From contig CBDBZU010000004.1 in assembly GCA_965213625.1 (NCBI GenBank), positions 992,001 to 1,056,000 on the forward strand: DNA of 64,000 bases, read 5' to 3'. Below, one piece after another: positions 39,385 to 48,666 of the stretch. Position numbers and translations under genes: made by a program. Each line of letters starts with the position of its first letter. Within the stretch, counting starts at the first letter, position 1. The DNA comes from a bacterium. GTDB lineage: Bacteria; UBA8248. The notes beneath the pieces are model-generated. The model made no database searches, was not told the DNA's origin, and saw only the letters and a list, made by a program, of their open reading frames with translations.

Positions 39385-39715
39385 GGGTTGTTGGAAGAGT
39401 CCCGGCTTCGTGATCTGGTGTTTGGAGCCAACGTGGGAGGATAGTCCGTAGGGACAGGTCGCGACCTGTCCCTACATTGTCCCTACATTCTTCTTTTTCG
39501 ACCAAACAAAGGCATCGTCATTCCGGCGAAAACCGTACCGATAGCAGACGGACAGGCCATTGGCCTGTCTGTGGTCCCCGTGTTTTTGTAGGTAGCGCTC
39601 CCTTCTTGGAAGCGCTACATATATGCGGGCCATAACGGGTGATGAAAAAAGCAGGGTCGCATATATGCGACCCCTACGGTGGATTTCCTAGGGAGGAGGG
39701 GTTTTCCAACAACCC
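39385..39715. mobile_element. MITE-like element with 12-bp perfect terminal inverted repeats carrying REP palindromes
   Basis: GGGTTGTTGGAA (39385) and TTCCAACAACCC (39704-39715); internal palindromes at 39448-39475, 39551-39569 and 39654-39677. Confidence 0.7.
39448..39475. repeat. GTAG-family REP, perfect 28-bp palindrome
   Basis: GTAGGGACAGGTCGCGACCTGTCCCTAC; identical copy at 53711-53738. Confidence 0.9.
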
Positions 39716-39716
39716 C

Positions 39717-40169
39717 CTACCCCAGGGACTTGGCGAGGGCTTCCCCCTGCGCGCGCATCTCGGGCGTCATGGACTCGTTGTGGGGCAGGAACGCCATGGC
39801 GACGAAAATGTTCTCGACCCCGTCTCCCTTGGAGAGGTTGCGGTACAGCGGCTGGGGGTAGTAGTCGTTCATGGGCTCCGCGTGGCCGATGCGCTCCTCG
39901 TTTCTCGCGAAGTGATAGGCGACCACCGCCCTCGGGGGGACCCACCGCACGCGCTCCTCGCCCTCCGGGTCCACGTCGCGCACGAAGCCGCCGAAGCCTT
40001 TTGTGAACGAGTCGCCGAACACGAAGTGCGCTATCTGCGCCTCATCGCAGGTGTCCATCTCCGCGAGCTGGATGTAGAGGATTTCGTTCGGCTCATCCAC
40101 TCCGTCCAAAGGCAGTTCGGTTTTCCCGCACGCGGGGCAGATGAAGGTGACGTTTCCGTTTTCAGCCAT
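39717..40169 (-). CDS. Hypothetical protein with N-terminal CPACG motif
   Basis: 150 aa with genome-typical codon usage and AGGA RBS; no family recognised. Confidence 0.65.
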   Translation of the reverse strand: MAENGNVTFICPACGKTELPLDGVDEPNEILYIQLAEMDTCDEAQIAHFVFGDSFTKGFGGFVRDVDPEGEERVRWVPPRAVVAYHFARNEERIGHAEPMNDYYPQPLYRNLSKGDGVENIFVAMAFLPHNESMTPEMRAQGEALAKSLG

Positions 40170-40336
40170 ATCGGTGTTCCTGTTCCGAGGGCCGCCGGAG
40201 GAAGGCTCCGGGACGGCGCGGTGTCATGTTTTTAGAGTGTTCCACCGAAAACGAATCGTGCCAGAGGTCACCCTCCCGCGCAAGTTTGAAAGCGCATTCC
40301 GGCCCGCCGGGGAAAAGGCGCAAGGGCGGCCGGCGC

Positions 40337-41209
40337 TTATCCCCGCGTCCGGGGGTCGAGCGCGTCGCGAAGCCCGTCACCCACGTAGTTGATGCTCAGC
40401 ACGGTGAGCGATATCGCGAGGCCGGGCCAAAGGACGCGCCCGGGGTATTGCTGGAGGTAATCGGTAGAGTCGTAGAGCAGCCTTCCCCATGTGGGGAAAT
40501 CCGGCGGAAAGCCCAGCCCCAGGAAGGAGAGCGCTGATTCGGTGATGATGGCGTCGCCCACGCCCAGGGCTGCGGAGATCATGATGGGCGAGACGACGCC
40601 CGGCAGGATGTGGCGGAAGATGAGTCGCCCCGTGGGCGCACCGAGCGCGCCCGAGGCGAGGACGAACTCGCGTTCTTTCAAGGCGAGTACCTCGCCGCGC
40701 ACGATGCGGGCGGTCTTCATCCAGGAGGTCGCGCCGATGACCGAGGCGATGAGGATGAAGATGCCGGTCTCGGGACCGAAGGCGGCGCGCAAGGCGTCTC
40801 GGAACAGCGCGATGATGACGAGCAGGAGCGGCAGGAGCGGAAGCGCGAGGAACAGATCCGTCAGCCGCATGAGCGGGCCGTCCAGGCGCCTGAAGTAGCC
40901 CGACACCACGCCGATGACCGCACCCAGGGAGAGGGCCAGGCCCATGGCGGCGCCCGCCACCGCGAGCGAGACGCGCCCCCCCGCCAACATGCGCGCCAGG
41001 GTGTCGCGGCCCAGGCGGTCGGCGCCGAGCGGGTGGGCGAGGCTCATGCCCTGGTTGCGCGCCCTAATGTCGATCAAGTGCGCGTCGATGCTCCATAGAT
41101 GCGGGCCGAACAACACGGCGAGCGCTGCGATGAGCAGAATCCCCGCCCCTATCACCGCTCCCCGGTGGGTGCGGAACTGCGCCCACGTCCCGCGCCTAGC
41201 GCTGGTCAT
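40337..41209 (-). CDS. Peptide/nickel ABC transporter permease (DppC-like)
   Basis: HPLGADRLGRD, GGRVSL, ARIVRG, EAA-loop EFV.AS.ALG, ESALSFLGLG, GDGLRDALDP. Confidence 0.95.
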   Translation of the reverse strand: MTSARRGTWAQFRTHRGAVIGAGILLIAALAVLFGPHLWSIDAHLIDIRARNQGMSLAHPLGADRLGRDTLARMLAGGRVSLAVAGAAMGLALSLGAVIGVVSGYFRRLDGPLMRLTDLFLALPLLPLLLVIIALFRDALRAAFGPETGIFILIASVIGATSWMKTARIVRGEVLALKEREFVLASGALGAPTGRLIFRHILPGVVSPIMISAALGVGDAIITESALSFLGLGFPPDFPTWGRLLYDSTDYLQQYPGRVLWPGLAISLTVLSINYVGDGLRDALDPRTRG

Positions 41210-42206
41210 AGCGGATGGTGGGGTCCAGTACCCCGTAGAGGATGTCGGCGACGAGGTTGAACGCTACGATCAGCCCCGCGAAGATGAAGGTGAGCGTCTG
41301 TACGGTCGGCAGGTCTCCCCCCTGGATGGCGACGATGAGCAGCTGCCCCAGCCCGTTCACCTTGAATATCTGCTCGGTGATGATCGCGCCGCCGAACACC
41401 TGCGGCACGCCCAGCGCGATGATTGTGACGACGGGGATCATCGAGTTGCGCAGGACGTGGACGAAGAGAATCCGCCGCTCGTGAAAGCCCTTGCCCCGGG
41501 CGGTGCGCACGTAGTCCTGGCCCAGGTTCTCGAGCATGGAGGCGCGCATGAACCGGCTGATCTGCGCCGCGTTGTAGAGGGCGAGTACGAAGACGGGCAT
41601 GGCCATCTGCCGCGCCTGGACGAGAAAGCTGCTCCAGTCCGTCACGCGGTGCGTGGTGTCGTAGATGGAGGGAAACCAGCCCAAGCCTACGGAGAAGACA
41701 ACAATCAGCAGCACGCCGGTGAAAAAAGTCGGCACCGAGAACCCCACGGTGGAGATGAATGTGCCTATCTGGTCGAACCAGCTGTATTGCCGGTAGGCGG
41801 AGATGATGCCGATGGGTATCGCGATGAGTACGCCGATGACGTAGGAGAGACCCACGACCCACAGGGTCTGCGGCAGGCGCTCGACGATCAGGTCCACGAC
41901 CGGGGAGCGCGTCTGCCAGCTCAGCACGCGGAACCTCTCCGAGTCGCCCGCGCCGAGCAGGGCGTCGATGACGTTCAGCGGCTCGTTGATGAAAAACTGC
42001 TTGCACCACAGCAGGTAGCGGATGTGGATAGGCTGACCCAAGCCTAATGACTCGCGGATGTTCTGGCGCACCTCGGGCGGAATCGTGAGGGGGAGATTCG
42101 CCGTCGGGTCGCTGGGGGCCAGGTCCAACAACAGGAATATGACGAGGCTGATGAAGAGCAGCGTGGGTACGGCGAAGAGCAGCCGCCTGATAGTGTAGGT
42201 TCCCAT
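41196..42206 (-). CDS. Peptide ABC transporter permease (DppB-like)
   Basis: YTIRRLL, ERLPQT, SVPTFF, QDYVRTARGKG, HVLRNS, NLVADILY..LDP.IR. Confidence 0.95.
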   Translation of the reverse strand: MGTYTIRRLLFAVPTLLFISLVIFLLLDLAPSDPTANLPLTIPPEVRQNIRESLGLGQPIHIRYLLWCKQFFINEPLNVIDALLGAGDSERFRVLSWQTRSPVVDLIVERLPQTLWVVGLSYVIGVLIAIPIGIISAYRQYSWFDQIGTFISTVGFSVPTFFTGVLLIVVFSVGLGWFPSIYDTTHRVTDWSSFLVQARQMAMPVFVLALYNAAQISRFMRASMLENLGQDYVRTARGKGFHERRILFVHVLRNSMIPVVTIIALGVPQVFGGAIITEQIFKVNGLGQLLIVAIQGGDLPTVQTLTFIFAGLIVAFNLVADILYGVLDPTIRYDQR

Positions 42207-42250
42207 CGCCCGTTTGCCTCGCTCGGCGAGCCCTTAAGCGGCGCGCGGGT

Positions 42251-43948
42251 CTATTTGACGCGGCGCCAGTCGGCGATGTTCCAAAGCTCCGAATCCCAGG
42301 TGTTCAAAACCACGCCGCCCAGCTTTTTCGAGTGGGCCGATACGCGGCCGCGGTCGACCAGCGGAATGAGCACGTAGGCCTGCATGAGCATGTCGTTCAT
42401 GGCCCTGGCGAGACGCGCCCGCTCTTTGAGTGCGCCCGCGCGCGCCATTTTGGCGATGAGGGCGTCATAAGCCTTGTCGCAGTAACGCGGCACGTTGTTG
42501 CCCTGCCACTGCGTGGCGGGACGCGGGGCCTCCTTGCAAGCCCAGTTCGCCATGTAGGATTCGGGATCCGTGCCGTCGAAATTGTTGGCGTACATTTGTA
42601 CGTCGGCCTGGAATTTCTGGAAGGTGTCGCCGCTCGCCGGGTCGCCGCCGAAGAACACCGAGGCGCTGATGTTGCGGAGTTCGGTCTCGACCCCGATCTT
42701 GGACCACCACTGCTTGATGAGCGCCTGGAAATCCTGGCGCACGGCGTTGGTGGAGGTCTGGTAGAGAATCGAGAGCTTGACGCCGTTCTTCATTCGCACG
42801 CCGCCGGATCCTCGCTTCCAGCCCGCCGCATCGAGCAGCTTGTTCGCGCCGGGGATGTCCTGTTTCAGGCAGGCGTCGTTGGCGGTGGATTTGTAAATGG
42901 CGGGGGCGGGGAGGATGTTGCACGTCGGCCGGCCTGCGGGGCCGTAGCCGATCTCGACGAGCAGCTTTCTGTCGATGGCCATCGAGAGCGCCTTGCGAAC
43001 GCTCGGGTCCGAGAGAAACGGATGCGGGTGCTTGGCGGTGGAGCGCTCCTTGCCGAGTTTGGGAGCCGGGTTCGTGAGGTTCAAGATGATGCGCTCGACG
43101 AGCGTGCCGAACGAGGAGATGACTACCCCCTTGCCCGCCTTTTTCATGTTCGCCAGCACGTCGGGGGCGAGTTGCAGGTTCCAGGCGTAGTCGAACTCGC
43201 CGGTCTCCAATACGGAGCGGGCAGCCGCCGCCGCATCGCCGCCGCCCTTGAAGGTCACCCGCGCGAAGGCCGGCTTGGCCGGGTCGCGGTAGTTGGAGTT
43301 CGCGACGAAGGAGATGACGTCGTTCGGGCGGAACTCGGCCACGGAGAAGGGGCCTGTGCCCAAAGGCTTGAAGTTGGCGTCGGTGCAGCGCGGCGCCTTG
43401 GCGCCCAGGCAGTCGGCGAACTGCGCCGCCTGGATGAGGGGGGCCTGCGCCCCGACGAACGGCCCGTAGGGAAAGGGTTTCGCGATGCCGAAGGTCACGC
43501 GCACGGTGAGCGCGTCCAGGGCTTCCACGTTTTTTACGTCGTTGTATTTCTCGCTCTGGGAGCACCCCCCCTGGGGATGCGTGCAGTATTTCCAGGTGAA
43601 GACCACGTCTTTTGAAGTTACCGGCGTTCCGTCGGCCCACTTGAGGCCGCTCTTGAGCTTCCAGGTGATGGTGCGCAGATCCTTCGAGACGCCGCCGTTT
43701 TCCAGCGTAGGGACCCGTTCGGCGAGCCAGGGCGTCATGTTCCCGTTCTGGTCGTAGCGCGCGAGGGGCTCCAGGACCAGCGATGCGGCCTCTATCTCCT
43801 TGGTGCCGCCCGAGAGGTAGGGGTTCATGGTGGAGGGCGCCTGCCAGTAGATGATGCGCAGATGCCCGTCGGCTCCGCGCGCGGCATGCGCAGGCTGCGC
43901 AGTGAATAAAGTGATGATGGCAACGATGAGTGTGAATATGGTTTTCAC
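42251..43948 (-). CDS. Peptide ABC transporter substrate-binding protein (family 5)
   Basis: Signal peptide ending AHA; LAERVPTLENGG, KWADGTPVT..DV.FTW, GTGPF, VRKALS.AIDR. Confidence 0.95.
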   Translation of the reverse strand: MKTIFTLIVAIITLFTAQPAHAARGADGHLRIIYWQAPSTMNPYLSGGTKEIEAASLVLEPLARYDQNGNMTPWLAERVPTLENGGVSKDLRTITWKLKSGLKWADGTPVTSKDVVFTWKYCTHPQGGCSQSEKYNDVKNVEALDALTVRVTFGIAKPFPYGPFVGAQAPLIQAAQFADCLGAKAPRCTDANFKPLGTGPFSVAEFRPNDVISFVANSNYRDPAKPAFARVTFKGGGDAAAAARSVLETGEFDYAWNLQLAPDVLANMKKAGKGVVISSFGTLVERIILNLTNPAPKLGKERSTAKHPHPFLSDPSVRKALSMAIDRKLLVEIGYGPAGRPTCNILPAPAIYKSTANDACLKQDIPGANKLLDAAGWKRGSGGVRMKNGVKLSILYQTSTNAVRQDFQALIKQWWSKIGVETELRNISASVFFGGDPASGDTFQKFQADVQMYANNFDGTDPESYMANWACKEAPRPATQWQGNNVPRYCDKAYDALIAKMARAGALKERARLARAMNDMLMQAYVLIPLVDRGRVSAHSKKLGGVVLNTWDSELWNIADWRRVK

Positions 43949-44215
43949 TCTTCTGTCCTCGTATTTTGAAGGGTTACGAGTCTGTGGCTCGGGTGCGCGT
44001 GAACGCAGAATATCCTAGAAGGCGGGGCGGGGAATTGCAACAGAAAAATGGCGCTCGGTCTGCAGGGAAAGGGTTTGGCAGGGGCGGTCACGATGTTTGT
44101 ACGTCACGAGCTTTATCCCGCATCGAAATTTACATGCCGCTCCTCACCCATCATTTGCCGTCCATCGTCTATAATAGGAAAGATGAAAACACTATTCGCC
44201 TTGTGAGCGTTCACG

Positions 44216-45031
44216 ATGACACAAGTTCGCAGGAATCGATTTCTTCTCGCCTCTCTCCCCGCGTTCTTTCTGATGGCGGCGTCCATGAGCGTCGCCTGGG
44301 GCGAGGGGCTTCCGAAGCAGATAACGGGACTCGACGGCGCGCCCCTGCTCCTCGTGCCGGCGGGCGAGTTCGTGATGGGTTCCGCGCCCGGCGGCTATAT
44401 CTTCGGGGACAACGAAACGCCGCGCCGCCGGATATTCCTCAAGGCCTTCTATATCGATAAATACGAGGTGACCAACCGGCGCTTCAGGAAACTCTTTGAG
44501 CCTGCGGAGCGCTACGCGGGCTCGTTCGAAGAACCCGAGCAGCCCGTCGTGGGCGTCAACTGGTATCAGGCGCAGGAGTACTGCGCGCGGGTGAACCGGC
44601 GCCTGCCTACCGAGGCGGAGTGGGAGAAGGCGGCGCGCGGGGCGGACGGGCGCATCTACCCGTGGGGGGATGAGCGGGCGACGTGCGCGAAGGCCGTCAT
44701 GGGCGGCGTGATCCCCTCCTGCCGCAAGGGATTCGCCACCTGGCGCGTGGGGAGCAGGCCGCTGGGCGCAAGCCCATACGGCGCGATGGACATGGCGGGA
44801 AACGCCATGGAGTGGGTGGCGGACTGGTACCGGGGGAATTTCTACGCGCGCATGTCTCAAAAGAACCCGGTGGGACCAGGCTCCGGCAGCCTGAAAGTGC
44901 TGCGAGGCGGCTCATGGTTCAACAGCCGAGTTCTGATGCGCTCGGCATTCCGCACCGGCTATGCGCCCCATGAGTCGAACCACGGGGTGGGTTTCCGCTG
45001 CGCGAGACCGGCGGTAACGGGACTGGTTTGA
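44216..45031 (+). CDS. Secreted FGE-sulfatase (SUMF1-like) domain protein
   Basis: Signal peptide; GEFVMGS, FYIDKYEVTN, RLPTEAEWEKAARG, DMAGNAMEWV, RGGSW, GFRCA. Confidence 0.9.
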   Translation: MTQVRRNRFLLASLPAFFLMAASMSVAWGEGLPKQITGLDGAPLLLVPAGEFVMGSAPGGYIFGDNETPRRRIFLKAFYIDKYEVTNRRFRKLFEPAERYAGSFEEPEQPVVGVNWYQAQEYCARVNRRLPTEAEWEKAARGADGRIYPWGDERATCAKAVMGGVIPSCRKGFATWRVGSRPLGASPYGAMDMAGNAMEWVADWYRGNFYARMSQKNPVGPGSGSLKVLRGGSWFNSRVLMRSAFRTGYAPHESNHGVGFRCARPAVTGLV

Positions 45032-45083
45032 CTGGTGGGCGGCCGACCGCTCCGCGTAGCCTGCCGCTCAAGACGGAAAAAGG

Positions 45084-46709
45084 ATGCCTCCCTTGAACTA
45101 CGATCTGAATACGCTGCGCGGGGACGTCTACGGCGGACTCACCTCGACGGTGGTCGCGCTGCCCTTCGCGCTTTCATTCGGCGTGGCCTCGGGCCTGGGC
45201 GCGGCGGCGGGACTTTACGGTGCGATAGCGGTGGGTTTTTTCGCGGCGCTCTTCGGCGGGACGCGGACCGTCATCTCGAGTCCAGCGCCTTCGATGACTG
45301 TCGCCATGGCGGTCATCGTCACCACGCACGCGACGAACCTGGCGGAAGCCATGAGCATCGTCGTTCTGGGCGGTCTGCTGCAAGTGCTCCTGGGAGCGCT
45401 GGGGGCCGGGCGCTTCGTGATCTACACGCCCCATGTGGTCGTCTCGGGCTTCATGTCCGGCATCGGGGTCATCATCCTGGCGATCGAGGCCTTGCCTTTC
45501 CTCGGCGCGCCGCCCGCGCCCGGCGGCTTCATGGGCGCGATACGCGCGCTGCCCGATGCGGTGGCCGGCGCAAACGCGGACGCACTGGGCGTCGCCGCCG
45601 CGGCGCTCGCAGCCTTCGTGTTCTGGCCCCGCCGCTTCTCGAGGTTTCTGCCTCCTCCGCTGATGGCGCTGATCGTCGGCTGGCTTCTGGGCGTCTTGTG
45701 GCTGAACGACGCGCCCACCATCGGGCGGATACCGGCCAGCCTGCCGGGGCTGCAGCCGGGACTCCCCTCCGCTGGTTTTCTAGCGGGGGCATTGCAGCCG
45801 GCCATCGTTCTCGCCCTGCTGGGCTCCATCGACAGCCTGCTCGCCGCACTGGTGGCCGACTCGCTGACCGGCTCGCGCCACAAACCGAACCGCGAGCTTG
45901 TGGGGCAGGGGATAGGGAACATGGCCGCCGGCCTCATCGGCGGACTGCCGGGCGCGGGAGCCACCGTGAGCACGGTGACGAACATTCGCGCAGGGGGACA
46001 GACGCCGGTTTCAGGCGCATTGCGCGCCGTGCTCCTGCTCGTGCTCCTGCTGGGTTTCGGCTCCTACGTCGAGTCGATTCCGCTCGCCGCTCTCGCGGGC
46101 GTTCTGATGAAAGTGGGCTGGGACATCATCGACTGGCGTCTGCTCGTCCGTGTCCGCCACATCAGGCGAGAGCACCTCTTCGTCATGCTGACAACGCTGT
46201 GCCTGACGGTGTTCGTCGATCTGCTGACCGCCGTGGCCATCGGCCTCATCGCCTCAGGCATGGCCCACGCGCGGCATCTCGAGCGCCTGGAGATCGACAA
46301 CGTGGTCTCCGTGCCCATGCTCGACCATATATTCTTCGGTCAGGCGAAAGAGCCGATCGCCGTGAACCCCTATGCGGCGCGCGTCGGCCTGGTGGGGCTC
46401 CGGGGGAGCTTCACCGTCGCCTCCTCCCATGAGTTGGTCGCGGCGATAAGCGCCGACATCAAGGATCACGAGGTCGTCATCTTCGATTTCTCAAGCGCCA
46501 CCTATCTCGACGACAGCTCCGCCATGCTCATCAGGCGGCTCATGGACATCGCCGTACAGGAGAAGACCGGGTTCATCGTGATGGGCCTCACAGGCGACGC
46601 AGCGGACACCCTTCGCGCCTTCGACGTTCTGCGCGACGCGCCGGAGGGTTGCATCGTCAAAAACCTGGAGGAAGCGCGGGAAAGCGCGAAGAAAATCCTC
46701 GGCTTGTAA
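45084..46709 (+). CDS. SulP/SLC26 inorganic anion transporter with STAS domain
   Basis: GD..GGLT..VVALP, GLYGAI, ELVGQGIGN, GAGATV.T..NI, C-terminal STAS D.S....D.S. Confidence 0.93.
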   Translation: MPPLNYDLNTLRGDVYGGLTSTVVALPFALSFGVASGLGAAAGLYGAIAVGFFAALFGGTRTVISSPAPSMTVAMAVIVTTHATNLAEAMSIVVLGGLLQVLLGALGAGRFVIYTPHVVVSGFMSGIGVIILAIEALPFLGAPPAPGGFMGAIRALPDAVAGANADALGVAAAALAAFVFWPRRFSRFLPPPLMALIVGWLLGVLWLNDAPTIGRIPASLPGLQPGLPSAGFLAGALQPAIVLALLGSIDSLLAALVADSLTGSRHKPNRELVGQGIGNMAAGLIGGLPGAGATVSTVTNIRAGGQTPVSGALRAVLLLVLLLGFGSYVESIPLAALAGVLMKVGWDIIDWRLLVRVRHIRREHLFVMLTTLCLTVFVDLLTAVAIGLIASGMAHARHLERLEIDNVVSVPMLDHIFFGQAKEPIAVNPYAARVGLVGLRGSFTVASSHELVAAISADIKDHEVVIFDFSSATYLDDSSAMLIRRLMDIAVQEKTGFIVMGLTGDAADTLRAFDVLRDAPEGCIVKNLEEARESAKKILGL

Positions 46710-46925
46710 GGGTTGTTGAAAAAGCCCTCATGTCGCGATTCTGCGCTTGAAACCAACCAGGAAGGAGGGTCCGTAGGGACAGGCCTCCGTGCCTGTCCGA
46801 GATCTCAGTACCTGACTTGACGAGGGACAACAACAGAGGGCGGGCACAGTCGAACTTCCCGAAGAGGGAAGTCCGACGCCCCTACGAAAACACCGAATTA
46901 CTACTTCTAGCTTTCCCAACACCCC
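46710..46925. mobile_element. MITE-like element with IS1182-type ends, containing REPs
   Basis: GGGTTGTTGAAAAAGCCC immediately after the sulP TAA (17/18 identical to the IS1182 right end); right end GCTTTCCCAACACCCC; internal GTAGGGACAGGC..GCCTGTCC and ..CGCCCCTAC. Confidence 0.65.
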
Positions 46926-47016
46926 CGTCCAGGGGTGAATGCGCGGGAAGTCGGCCGGGGTGGCGCTATATCCTCGTATCATCAGGTGGAGACGGCGTAT
47001 TCTGGCGCCAGGCCGC

Positions 47017-48477
47017 TCAATCCGGATTCAGCGCTTCCCTCCCGAAGCGCTCTATCGTCTCGAGCGTCTCGCGCACGTCGTCCCAGGCCGTGGTGTGGTT
47101 GATGATGCAGAACCTGAGCGCGAACTTCCCCTTGAGGAGCGTGGAGGACACGAACGCCTTGTCGTCCCAGAAGATGCGGGCGAGCATCGTCTTGTTGATC
47201 TCTCCCAGGGCATCCTCGTCAAGCTCTGCGTCCGCCGGGTTGACCCGGAAGCACACGACCCCCAGCGAGACGGGCGTCAACATCTCCAGTACCGGGCTCT
47301 CGCGAACGTATTCCTCGGCCTGTGCGGCCAGCTCCATGCCCTTCGAGACGGCTCGGCGGAACGCGGCCATGCCGAAGGTCTGCACCGACATCCAGACTTT
47401 CAAGGCCCGGAACGAGCGGCTCAACTGCAGGCCGCGGTCCGAGAAGTTCGGGTGGTTCGCGCCCCATATCGTGTCCTGTAAAACATCGTGGCGCACCGCA
47501 AACGCATTTTCGAGCTTGCTCACATCCTTCACGAGCAGGGCGCCCGCCTCGTAGGGCTGGAAGAACCATTTGTGCGCGTCCATACCGATGGAATCGGCGC
47601 GCTCCATGCCGCGCATGAGTTCCTTACCCTGCTCGGTCACGACCGCGAAGCCGCCGTAGGCGGCGTCGACGTGCAGCCAGATGTCTTGCGCCTCGCAGAA
47701 ATCCGCCATCTCTTCGAGCGGGTCGACCGCTCCCGTGCTCACCGCTCCGGCATTGGCGCACACCGCGATGGGATTAAGCCCCGCCGCGCGGTCCTCATTC
47801 ACGGCGCGCACGAGCGAATCCATATCCAGGCGGTAGTCTTCATCGCTCGGAAGAAGGCGTATCCGCTCGGGCTTGACGCCGATGATCCGCGCCGCGCGGA
47901 TGTGCGCGCTGTGGCTCTGGTCGCTCATGTATACGCTCGCGCGATCGGGATGCCCCGCCGCTTCGCGCGCCGTGACGAAGGCGTCCAGGCTCGCCGCCGA
48001 GCCCCCGCTCGTGAAAAGCCCGCCCGCGCTTTCGGGATAGCCGACAAAGCGCCGGAACCAGTCGATGACGACGAGTTCGAGCTGGCTCGGACCGCTCGCG
48101 ACCAGCCAGGTGCATTGGTTGATGGCGTAGCCTGAAGCAATGAAATCGGCCAGTACGCCGGGCCAGGTGGGTGAGGCCGAAACGAACGCGAGGGAACGGG
48201 GATGATCCAGGCGCAACGAATACGGGAGAATGTCGCGCGCGGCGCGCTCCATCACTTCGGCCGCCGGCCTCCCGTCTTCGGGCGGGGTCTCCATGAGCTG
48301 TTTTTCGAGTTCCTGCTGGAAATCTCCGTCCCACGCGCGATGCTCGGACAGCTTCTCGCTTCGCTCCACCAGGAGTTCCGCCGCCCTGCGCGCCAGATCG
48401 AGCATCTCTTCGGGCGCCATTCGGAGGCCATCGCTATCTGAAGCCGATGCTTCTCTTGTTCCCTCATCATTAGTCAT
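47017..48477 (-). CDS. Group II PLP-dependent decarboxylase (aromatic L-amino acid decarboxylase-like)
   Basis: HPRSLAF, FTSGGS, SDQSHS, TGAVDPL, WLHVDAAYGG, PLP-Lys DAHKWFFQPY, QLSRSFRALKVW. Confidence 0.9.
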   Translation of the reverse strand: MTNDEGTREASASDSDGLRMAPEEMLDLARRAAELLVERSEKLSEHRAWDGDFQQELEKQLMETPPEDGRPAAEVMERAARDILPYSLRLDHPRSLAFVSASPTWPGVLADFIASGYAINQCTWLVASGPSQLELVVIDWFRRFVGYPESAGGLFTSGGSAASLDAFVTAREAAGHPDRASVYMSDQSHSAHIRAARIIGVKPERIRLLPSDEDYRLDMDSLVRAVNEDRAAGLNPIAVCANAGAVSTGAVDPLEEMADFCEAQDIWLHVDAAYGGFAVVTEQGKELMRGMERADSIGMDAHKWFFQPYEAGALLVKDVSKLENAFAVRHDVLQDTIWGANHPNFSDRGLQLSRSFRALKVWMSVQTFGMAAFRRAVSKGMELAAQAEEYVRESPVLEMLTPVSLGVVCFRVNPADAELDEDALGEINKTMLARIFWDDKAFVSSTLLKGKFALRFCIINHTTAWDDVRETLETIERFGREALNPD

Positions 48478-48666
48478 CAAGCCTCTCCTCTCGTCTCTAA
48501 ACGCTCTGGAGCGAAAGTTCGTTCAGGGCGCCGGAATCTGACCCCAATTAGCCGTGAGATACCAACGGGTGAGTAATTTTAGCGGAGCGCAGGCGCTAAT
48601 TCTCAACCAGTTATGGGCAGGAGCAACCCTGACGAGAGATTGCCCCTGCGGAATTTCCTTTCTATT

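Noticed and set aside
39448-39677. Palindromes as CRISPR repeats or integron attC sites
   Set aside because: Irregular spacing, differing sequences, GTAG/CTAC ends typical of REPs, and no integrase or cassette array.
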